From: Trichosphaerium sp. ATCC 40318
Taxonomy: Eukaryota > Protista > Tubulinea
Length of the DNA: 64,000 nucleotides
Direction of reading: 5' to 3'
Assembly: GCA_038496445.1 (NCBI GenBank)
Contig: JALMLS010000279.1
Span: forward strand, 84,903-148,902
Of the stretch, positions 53,849-64,000 are shown in pieces (position 1 is the first letter of the stretch; every line of letters begins with the position of its first letter). The notes beneath the pieces were generated by a model. The model did not search any database, was not told where the DNA came from, and saw only the letters and a list, made by a program, of their open reading frames with translations. The translations under genes and the position numbers were made by a program.

Positions 53849-56146
53849 ATGCAACTTCACCGCGCATTGTTAGTTGCGACATGCATCGCCCTCACACTAG
53901 CCGCTGTAGCTTTACCAAAGGCTAATAGCGATAGAAGCTTCGTAGAAACCCACAAGCCAAAGAAAGTTGATCTCGGTACGCTTTTGTGAGGTTTTGAAGA
54001 TTAGTAACGTTTTTTAGGCTGGTCTTTCCACGCCCACGCTGATTTTAGCCAAAAACGCAAGTTTATCCTTGCGGTACAACAACAAAACGGAGATGAGCTC
54101 GAAAGCATCTTTTGGTACGTTTTTTTTGCTTGTGCGTCAAAACAAACCCGCGCAATCTCAGCAACCACCACTCGCTCTAACTAATCATTAGGGAAGTTAC
54201 CAACCCTCAACACCCAAACTATGCTAAATACTTATCCATCGATGATTTGACCAATCTCCTTGCTCCTACTGATAGCGACCTCTTCGTTGCTGTCAACTTC
54301 TTACGTAAAAACGGTATCTTTGAGTACTCTCTAACCAAGAACCGCGATTTCATTTCATTCGAAACAACCCTCGAACACGCTCGTGAGCTCTTTGAGGCTG
54401 AGTTCCATACATTCAAACATGCTGATAGCGGTCGCACTTATGTCACCTCTCTTGGCCCTTACACACTACCAACAGAGGTTGCTGGTGTTATTGACTTCGT
54501 TGCTGGTATTACTGGGTAAGTATGACTCCTACAAATTGATTTTGAAGTGAGATATTAACTGTTTTGTTTATCATTAGATTTCCATTAATGAAAAAATCAA
54601 TGCTCACCAAGCAAAGAAAGTTTGGAGCATATGAACTTGGTCCTAAGGATCTCATCCGTCGTTACAACGTAACAATGACTGGTGGTAAAGCTAAAGGAAA
54701 CGCTCAATCTGTAGCTGAATTCCAAGTACGTCAAGAGAGACTAAACACTCGCCAAACGCATGTACAAGTACTCATTTTTGTTTAGGGTCAATACTACAGT
54801 CCAGCTGATTTGAAAACATTCTTCAAACAATTTCAAAAGGAATACACAGACTACGATACTGTAACAAAGGTAGTAGGCCAAAATATTGGTTCCTCACCAG
54901 GTCCAGAAGCTACTCTTGATATCCAATACATTATGGGTGTTGCACCTAAAGTACCAACATGGTTCTGGAGGTTAGTTGTGCGAATCTGATTTTTTTATTT
55001 TTATTTCCGTCTCTACTCAACAAAACTGTCTTTTGACGCTTTCTTAGTAACCCTCAAATGGACTTCTGGGGTGATATCACTGCTTGGTTATCTCAAATGG
55101 ATGATGAAGCAAACAATCCTCTAGTACACTCTGTAAGTTACGGTTTACAAGGAAACTATCCTTCTAAGGCATACCGTGCACGTATCAACACTGGATTCAA
55201 GAAACTTGGTGTTCGTGGTATTTCCATCATCTTCGCTTCAGGAGATTCCGGTACTGGTTGCAACCTTTGCTATTACTTCGAACCTAGCTTCCCAGGCACG
55301 TTTTATCCGATTACTACCTCCTACTGACTTATTATTTAGCTACTTCTCCTTATGTAACATCTGTTGGTGCTACTAGATTCTTGTACGATCATGTCGGACC
55401 AGAGGGTGCCGTAGAAGCATTCGGTATGTAAATTTTTTTTGCGATTGGCTCTTTTTTGTTTTCTGATTTTTTTTATTTGTTAGGCTCTGGTGGTGGTTTC
55501 TCTTGGGACTTTACAACTGCTCAGTACCAAGCTACTGCTGTTAAGAATTTTTTTGCTACTGCAAAGAACCTTCCAAGCGCTCACTACTACAACGCTGCTG
55601 TACGTCAATTTTCATGACTTTTGACCACTAGTTGTGGCTAGTTTACAATCACGTGTACTTATCTTTTATTCTTCTTAAGGGACGCGGTACTCCTGATGTT
55701 GGTGCTATGGGTATTGGATTTAGTATTATCCTCAACGGGGATACAAACAGGTTCGTAGTTGATTAAAAAGAATCATTTATAAAAAAGCTTCTAACTTTGC
55801 ATGTTTATAGCATTGGTGGTACATCTGCCTCCGCTCCAACATTTGCTGGTATTGTATCTCTTCTTAACGAAGCACAACTACTTGCTGGAAAGCCTCCACT
55901 TGGTTTCTTGAACAACTGGATCTACCAAGTACGCTAAAACAAACACAAAACAATTTAAAAACCATCCAACTAATATTTTTCTTCTAGACTGCCGCTGCTC
56001 ATCCTGATGCATTTTTCGATGTAACCAAAGGTAACAACCGTCATGGTTGCTGTGGACTTGATGGATTCATCTGCCAACCTGGTTGGGACCCTGTAACAGG
56101 TGTTGGTACACCAAACTTTGGTGTATTGAAGACACTTTTGCCTTAA
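53849..56146 (+). CDS. S53 sedolisin-family peptidase (TPP1/physarolisin-like) with pro-domain
   Basis: Signal peptide; EATLDIQY; SVSYG; FASGDSG; FP|[12 protein letters not shown]; GSGGGFS; RGTPDV; [12 protein letters not shown]; FDVTKGNN; [13 protein letters not shown]. Confidence 0.94.
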
Positions 56147-56659
56147 AAAGCCAAACAATTACATAGCCATTTCGTTTTGTCATAGACAAAAAACAATAGT
56201 TTTATTTTAAAGGACGTAGTCCACATTATGTGATAACTGAACGCATAAAATAAACGCACTGAGTTCTTGGCAATGCTGCTTGATTTATTTGAAGGCTTGT
56301 TACCAAGTGAGTGACAAAAAGAGCAAAGAACATTCGTTTCAAAAAAACCTCGCTAGCAGTACAAGCGCAGGTTATGCTCAACTGTACAATCTACTCTATT
56401 TATTGAAACAAGTGCCTAAAGAACTAATAGAGAACTGAGAGAAAACTGACACCATTTAAACAAAAGTAAAGATAAGGAATTTCTTCTTCTTTGTTCGATG
56501 AAGCAATGTACCTTGTTGTACGAACAAGGATTTAAAGATTGGAAGCGATGAGTCCCATTTGTTGAATTTTTACTCTGAGAGCCTTTTTCGTAAGTTCCTG
56601 GCTTAATGTTCCAGCAAATAATATTAAACTTCGCATTGAGTGCTGCACGTGACGTAGAA

Positions 56660-58248
56660 ATGAAAACTGGTAGAAAGAGGGTTCTGACTGACGATAACAT
56701 CCCAAGAAACGCGAAACGGCACAAAGCGCCTCTTGGCATTAAACTAACACCGGATATTCTGCTTTGTAAGGTTTTAGACAAGGTACAACAAAACCATATC
56801 TAGATAAGCCTAATAAACTTTTAGACAGACAAAGGGAAGCTTGTACCTTTAAATGTTATGGTTAAATTATCTAATGGAAAACCGGTTGGCTTTGTCACGT
56901 GTCGACACCTAAACGTACAAGTTTTTTGTGAAAACAAAAAGCCAATAAATAATTCTTACTGTCGTAGAAACACGGAGAGCCGGTTGGCAATGAACAGTGT
57001 TTAGCAGTAAACAATGACGGAAAGATAAATATTGCTGAAGCTCTTTCAGCAAGACAGTACGTATTGTCATACCCTTCGTACGCTGAAACCTAACGTGTAA
57101 ACAATAGACCAAAAGAAATTTCTTACGTCCTGATCACTTCAAAGTGTAGGACGTGCTCTACAATGATCCCAGTTGGGTTCTATCGAGGGCCTAGCACCAA
57201 AAAAGGACTTCGCACTTGTATACGCCGGTTATGGCCTCTCTACAAGGTAATGAAATCGTGGCCAAATTAGTCTCACAGGTTTTTTAGAAATCTGTTAGAC
57301 CAGAAGATATTCCTGGTGGAGTACGCAATTGGCTGGAATGGTATCATGATGAATCTCCCTATAAGAAAAGTAAAGCAAAGTGGGACTTAGGAGATAGTTT
57401 AACTTTAAAGTGCGTATAAAACTCTTTGAACACCAATAAAGTAATTCTAAATTGTAGTGAAAAAACTTGCAGTGATGACATTGCTACGTTGTTTGAGTTT
57501 TATATGCTATACATTGGAGGCAAGAACTGCATATCAACATTTTGGAGAAATCTATTTGAGGAAGGCAAAATCCACGTGTTTTTATCAGATGAAGAAAAGC
57601 AGCGCCTTTGTCGTGAAAACGATAGAGTCTTTGAGTGCGCACAAAGACTACCATTTTTTTTGTGGAAGTAAATCACTTGCTAATTTCTGACTTTTCTATT
57701 TAGATTATTGTTAAAAAAGCCTCGTTATATTACTGTTACGTCAAAGAATAGTACAAAACAGGAATACAGCCATGACTATGAGCCTTCATTCTCAACTGAA
57801 GATGAACTAGAAGAGCTTAAACGAACCCATGCAATACTACTAAACCACACCGACATAGTGGAGAAAGAGAATGCGAGGCTTAAAAAAGAAATTGCCACAC
57901 TCAAAAATGTTGCAAAACAATCTATGATTGGCAGCAATGAACAGCGTGACGCAACCACCTGCAACCCGACCAAAACTCAAAACTTCGACAGTTTGAATAA
58001 TGCCACAATATTACCTGCCACTGATGGCACAAGGTTAGAAATCAGCGCTCCATTCAATAGGGTAGGAGAATACAATTTTTTGCGTTAGTTTTCTTTCTTT
58101 CTAACTTTTGAAAAAGACCTCACAAGATAATGAAGTAGCAAACGTCAATTCTAGTATTGGTCTTACTCCACCTGGATACACCCCTGGACTTGAACCGTTA
58201 TTTCCCTACATGGAATCTGTGACGAACTTTAATGCAAACACGCTTTAA
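56660..58248 (+). CDS. Unknown protein (NLS-like N-terminus, CxxC, coiled coil), cassette copy 2
   Basis: Eight exons splice in frame from MKTGRKRVLTDDNIPRNAKRHK through SKCRTCSTMIPVGFYRGP, GVRNWLEWYHDESP and LFEFYMLY to ...NFNANTL*. Confidence 0.72.
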
Positions 58249-58319
58249 AGTTCTTGTAGGGACTATAGCTGCGCTTGTTTTCTTGCAATAAGCTTGAAGA
58301 CAAATCGATCACTCACAAC

Positions 58320-58517
58320 TAGAAGAGAGATAAAAGCGTTTTAATTCTGACCACCTAAGGTACGTTCCTTGACCGTAGCCAATTCCTAACTCAGCCACAT
58401 GTCCATGTGGCACTACTCTGGTAGTAACTGGCTGAGTTAGGAATTGGCTGAAATCCTGTGGGTCAACTGGAACGTACCTTAGGTGGTCAGAATTAAAACG
58501 CTTTTATCTCTCTTCTA
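58320..58517. repeat. 198-nt nested fold-back: perfect 49-bp outer stem and perfect 21-bp inner stem
   Basis: 58320-58368 is the exact reverse complement of 58469-58517; 58377-58397 is the exact reverse complement of 58429-58449. Confidence 0.95.
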
Positions 58518-59343
58518 TTGTATGGCATTGATAACATAATATTATGTTGTGCTTCGATAGTTCCGCTCACAAGAAGAGCCTAAAAATAAATAAATAGTAT
58601 ATCACTTAAAACCTTGTTTCTCGTTTGAACAACAAATCAGTAACAGTTTCTAGAAAAATTCTGGGTCCATTTTCGTACTTTACGCTCCTTGTAGCGCAAC
58701 ATAAAAAAGTCGAATACCTATTATATAAGTATTGTTTGAAACAGTGAAGTTTTAAAATATTGTAATTTTCACTATTTCAGTTTCCCATACCATCTCTAGT
58801 GCTTTTAGCTCATTGAAAACTCTACCGCGTACAGTTTGCGTAGTAAAATTTGCGATTATTCTTCCTCAATTGAAACTTACATTGAAAATTTTGTTATCAC
58901 TAAGGTGCGTAAGTCATACTATGAAGGATAGCATTGTCACGCATATAGTTCACATTGCTATATATCTACACCATTTGCAGAAGTGTCAGATCTTGCTAGA
59001 TCTGCTAAACCAAAGTTACAATAAAAACTAAGTCACTTTTTTTCCCTTAAGTGACGCAATGAACTATGTAAGTGGCTATTGAATGAATGCAATCAAATAG
59101 AACGATAACAACAGTAGTTACATACATAACATAAGGAAGAAGGAGAACGCAAGCGTAGTATGCCAGAACTGGCAATTCTTGCCATATCTGCTAAAAATGG
59201 TAAAAAGCACAATCTAACATACTTGACTGATACAAAAATAAAATGCGATTCTGGTACGGACAATAATAACACGTGTTAGTTTATTTATGAAGTCGCAGCC
59301 ATTAAACTCCATCATTTCTCAGATATCCTTTGGTTGTCTGACG

Positions 59344-59916
59344 TTATAACGTATCACGCTGATCTGTATGACATGTTTGTAGGGCGTCCCTACATTCTTG
59401 AAGATCTTCTCCATTTTCGTTACAATCATTGTACTCTTTAGTACAAGTATGTGGTAGTGCAGGGTCTGAGGTATGATGTGGTGTTGATTTTGAGTCAGAG
59501 TCTTTTTGGCAATCTTTAAAATCACGTAAACATTGGTTTCTCCCATCAACTGTACTTGATTTAAAACACGCTTGGAAGTTGTGTCGGCATTTGACGAACC
59601 AGTTGATATCTGAGTCTTCAGATGTTACCACATCGTTTGGTTGATATGTCAGCGTATCTGTAGGCTTATCTGTTTGGTCTTGGCTACAAGCTACAATGCA
59701 CATGTTGCGAATTGTTTTTCTTTGCGTACTAGAAGCACCAGAAGCAAGGATAGCCATACAATCATCTATACAAGGAGTACTAGTTTCTCGGCACTACATT
59801 AAAGAGTAAATTCAACATTGGGTCCTATTTTCAATTGCTATTGTTACCGTACGAAAGAATACAACGCAAGTAAGGATAATACCAATGAAAGAAAGTACTA
59901 GCGATAACTGATTCAT
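59344..59916 (-). CDS. Small secreted Cys-rich protein with repeated Cx6C helical-hairpin-like units
   Basis: Signal peptide MNQLSLVLSFIGIILTCVVFF, one intron, then CIDDC..CIVAC, CRHNFQAC..CLRDFKDC, CTKEYNDC..CRDALQTC. Confidence 0.7.
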
Positions 59917-62900
59917 AGGTTTTCAGTTCTATATAACGTTGTCTCCCCACCACAGACTAAGTGAATACAAAGTGAGGTCTTAATGTTGTAAAACAGGTTT
60001 TTAAGCTTGTCGTGCACGCGCCAGTCTGAGAAAATGTCCATTGTGAATTGGCTTCGTAAATGCATTCAACCACAACAGCGAAAGACACACTTATATAAAC
60101 TAGACTAACCAACAACCCCCAAAAAGGTGGCGTGAAAATCACGTGTTTAAGCGAGATTTTCCAACTTTCAAAAAATACGACGTGGCGTGATTTGAATAAT
60201 ATTTCTCCGCTCGGGTATGAAACTATCTTTCAGTGTTTGTGCGTCAATAGCCCATGTATCAGTCGTAGGTACGTTTTTTGGTGGCGTTTTAGTTTTTTTG
60301 CCCAATTGCTTTTATGTTCACGCGTCAACGTACAAGGCTAATATTTAATCATTAGATAATAGAATAATTTTTTTGTAGCTTTATCTTCAGTATATTTAAT
60401 TCGCTTCTGTGTAGTCTGAGACTGAGATTTTTTTTTCCCAAATGAAGTATTTCGAGCGAACTAGAATTTATTTTTAGACGGATGTCTAGCCTGTTGCTAC
60501 CTGAAAATGTTTGTATCACTTCACTAGATTTCACGTTATGTTATTGTAATACTACAAAAAAAGGGCACGCTAGACACAGCCGCATTCTCCTACTGTTGGT
60601 ATTGTAGCGCCAGTTTTTCCTTTGGTACTTCCATTGTGAGTTGAACCTACTTCGCTGTATGTGAACCAACCAACATTTTATTGGCGCTTTGCGTCAACAC
60701 GTGATTTGAAAAACTTAAGACTATGCACAGCATGGAACTTCTAGCTGCATTAACCTGATATCGGGTTTTTGCTGAATGACACAATGTGGAGAGAAAAGAT
60801 CAATATCCTTACCAGCAAAAGCTACACCATGTAATCATTATAGACCGAGCTAAAAAACCGATTTAAACGCCCAACAAGTTATTATCTTTGCTTGTGTACA
60901 TACAAACGAAACAATGGGTCAGTTTGTTCTTTCCCTGTTGTCTTCTTATTAATACTCATCTGGTAGGATAGAATTGGCTATTTAACAGAGTGAAGATATT
61001 TCTTGCTGATCAAACAAGTGTTCTTCTGAAGGTAGAAACCTTTCGTATGCTGTAAGGACGTACCCCTTGTAAAGTTTGTGAGTGTACTCCAACCAACACT
61101 TGTTCTGGCTTGTGGTTTGATGTGGAACTACTCTTGCTTGCCCAGCAGGCCAAGAATGTGAAAATCTGTACGGATCAACCAAAACCTTTCGGTCGTTTTC
61201 GATTAGCACAAATCGTATTAGACCTGACCCACTCACACCTAGGAATGCGATGAACTTGTACAACAAGAAATATCTACTGTGGTGGTGTTACTGAATGTCT
61301 CGGATATGTTTGTGGTGCTTTTGTAAGCGGCGAAATGTGTTCAAACTTGCCAATGTGTCACATGAAGGATTACGCTCAAGCAACATGTGATCTTTCTGGA
61401 TCATCTCCACAATGAAATGTGTAATTGAAAACGAAGGAGATGGGAAAGAGACTGCAAACCAAATACATATCAATGAGAGGCTGTTGTTTAAACTTCTCAG
61501 CCGCTAATTGGGCCAGTTTTGCAGTTACATGTTCGTTACTTTTTAGAAATTTAAAAACTTAGATTTATTGAACCACATTATTAAGCAGTACAGATACAAA
61601 CTCGTTTGTAGACAAAAATAAAGAGAAACTTCCCAAAAAGTGCTATCAAGAATTCTATTGATTTCGAACGCAAGGATTAATTAACTTTCTTATTTTGACG
61701 AATGCTTATAGTGGTCAAGGTTATGCTATCGTAAACGAATTTTTACTGAAGAGTTACCGCTTGAGTTTGTTGGCATTGCTGCCATAGCTGTAGTTGACAA
61801 AGAAAGGAGATGTCATTTGATTTAAGCTGTGATTTCTTTATATTATAGGCAGGCGCTAGGCCTGTACCCTCTTTAGTTTTTTACAAAGAGAGCAAGAGAC
61901 GTTCAACATGCCTATGCATTCGAACAACTTCCATTGACCCAATGTTCGCGGCTAAAAAAATAGAACGTCTCTCAGTTCTTGGGTGACCGTGAAGTCATAT
62001 TTCAAAGAAGTTACTTTTAATCTCTACAAACAGTTTAATGTACACTTGTTTTGATAAAAAAAGTATGGAACATACATCTCAAGTTATCTTGTAATCATAT
62101 ATTCATTGAGGTGTTTATTGGGCATTTAAAACGGCAGATTTTGTTGACATGTATCATCCTTAATTTTTGTCAGTTTTCTATCACCCAGAAATATTTTCCT
62201 GTTCCCTATTGATCCTCCTTACCTCCCTTTCAGGTGCACCCTTACGTATCTTCAGACACGTTTGTAAGTCTACATTCGTTTGATTTCATGCAAAAACGCT
62301 TTGAAAGTTCTGAATGATAAGAAACAGCTTTCGAACTGTTTTTCACTGAATGTACTCACTTCACAGCGCTGTCTTTGCTTTAAACTTCTCTGGGTTTATA
62401 TAAAAGCTACCTGAGAAGGTTTTATAACAAAGACACTGACTACGCAAGGACTACACGTGACCCAAATTGTTATAAGCTAAACGACATGAACAGGCAAATG
62501 AAAATAAACATCGGTTTAGCAATAATTTGTAATTCGAAACGAGAGTCCATTACTAGAAATTCATTGGGTCTATTATGCTTTACCAACTTCAAAACAAAAG
62601 TCTGGGCATGTCTGAGTAAAACTCTAAGGGTGCTAAATACCTTGGAGAATCACTAATTGAATACATGAACCCCTACCCTCGTTCATTCCTTTACATGAAC
62701 TTGTTTTATGTCCTACCGTACTTGTTTGAAATCCAAGTCTACTCCCTCAACTCATTAAAGTATGTCTGAACTCTTTTATTACAAGATACAAACACCATTG
62801 AACTTTTCTTAGTGTATGAACGAAGCAACTGAATGAACAATCCGCTAACTTTTTCGCATAAGTTCGTACAACGTGTTACAGAGTTTATGCTCCCCTACCA

Positions 62901-63061
62901 GCAGTAAATAATTGCCAACAATATACTAATATATACACGTGACGCTTTTATTTTTGAGAATTTAACAAACAAGAAATAAAGGAAGGAGTAGATGCTTGTA
63001 CAATTGTTCTAATTTACTGTTCTTTTTTTTTTTTACGGTTTTTTTTTTTGCTTGTTTTGAC

Positions 63062-63850
63062 TTACGAGAGGTATGATGTCAATTGTATTAACTGGTTCAT
63101 ATTAATAGTTATCCAACCACTTCTATTCTTGTCATTATACTCAAACATTGATCTACAGTGTGCAATATGCGCCGCAAACTAGATAAAAGTGTTAAAACAG
63201 AAAGCGAGAAAAAAACGAGAATGGCACTGTCAGCTGAATGTTCCAAAAATAACCTTACCATTAAGAATTCATTCCAAGATAATCCTGTACGAGATGTATC
63301 ATATTTATGAAGTAATTCAAGAGTAGTATCAAGCGTAACAAATCCAAAACCAGCCTACAAAAAAAAAATTAACAAAAAACACAGAAAAACACTCAAAACT
63401 TGACATGTCATCAATTTCTTTGAATACAATCCAGCACAAAACACGTGTATAGAAAAAAATAAAATTCTGGTTTTCTTACAAAGTGGATTTGGAAGAAACA
63501 GGCTGTCTATGACCAAAGACTGTAAAGAAAAAAAAACAAATAAAACTCACATTGTTCAAAGCGGAATGAATCTCTCTTGCTTCAATCCTACCGGAACGAT
63601 CCGCATCCGCTGTAATAAAGGCTGTACGCATCCTGTTTATGAATTGATGCATAGAAGCATACTCCTACAAGTTGCATAAGCAAACGAACGCGCAAGAACA
63701 ACTGTTCCGTAAGAAAAGCACTGTGTTTTTACAACACGTACTGGAAAGTCTATTGCACCATTTCTATCCTTGTCAAATACTTTAACGAGCTTTGCAGCAG
63801 CTACAGTACCAAGCTGAACGCCATTGAACGTAACTAAAAGCGTTAACAAG
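63062..63850 (-). CDS. Penta-EF-hand Ca2+-binding protein (ALG-2/peflin-like), 5' part not resolved or outside the window
   Basis: FDKDRNGAIDFP|EY, ADADRSGRIEAREI, YDTSRTGLSWNEF, NDKNRSGWITINMNQ; stop at 63062. Confidence 0.85.
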
Positions 63851-64000
63851 GGTTTACAATGGCGGTTAAGTCAAAAAAGGCAATACTGGTTTGTTTGAGT
63901 TTGAAGTAACGAAACCAGTTATCAATGTGGGTTTTTAGGGCGTTTGATGAAATACGCGGACAAATAGCTTGTTTGATTTATATTTTACCTTGTTGTAGTT

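Larger units (their letters stand above)
56230..58595 (+). repeat. Dispersed cassette copy 2
   Basis: Inverted homolog of 29860-31907, with an additional unshared stretch at ~56340-56570. Confidence 0.85.

Noticed and set aside
58320-58517. CRISPR-like or tRNA interpretation of the repeats
   Set aside because: Repeats are inverted, not direct with spacers, and there is no cloverleaf or T-loop consensus. No CRISPR array, tRNA or rRNA was seen anywhere in the window.
60982-61560. Coding-like fragments on the minus strand
   Set aside because: Could not be joined into a consistent spliced ORF and no motif was recognised; possibly a decayed gene.

Overview
AT-rich (~35% GC), gene-dense eukaryotic DNA with many short introns (mostly 40-70 nt; GTACGT-type donors, CTAAC/CTAAT branch close to a YAG/AAG acceptor). 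It looks like a free-living protist, possibly an amoebozoan (inference). Genes recovered by joining exons by hand: an LD-motif/calpain-domain-III protein, eIF4A, PDAT/LCAT-family acyltransferase, two tandem secreted M12/reprolysin-like proteases with three CBM6-like modules each, an acyl-CoA synthetase plus a split pseudogene copy, a secretory glutaredoxin, an arylsulfatase, a type-B carboxylesterase, MED1, SEC14/CRAL-TRIO-GOLD, an ACOT9-like thioesterase, a YHYH protein, an S53 peptidase, a penta-EF-hand protein, and several LRR/F-box genes and relics. Mobile and repeated DNA includes a Mutator-like element with both ends and a 9-bp TSD (35210-39272). There are also two inverted ~2-2.4 kb cassettes encoding an unknown, probably nuclear protein followed by a long fold-back hairpin whose arms co-vary between copies; this is the best candidate for an undescribed system. 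Other signals: about 9 GC-AG introns, an intron lost or gained at a 6-bp microhomology, and strong enrichment of CACGTG. All product calls come from motif recognition; no database search was run.
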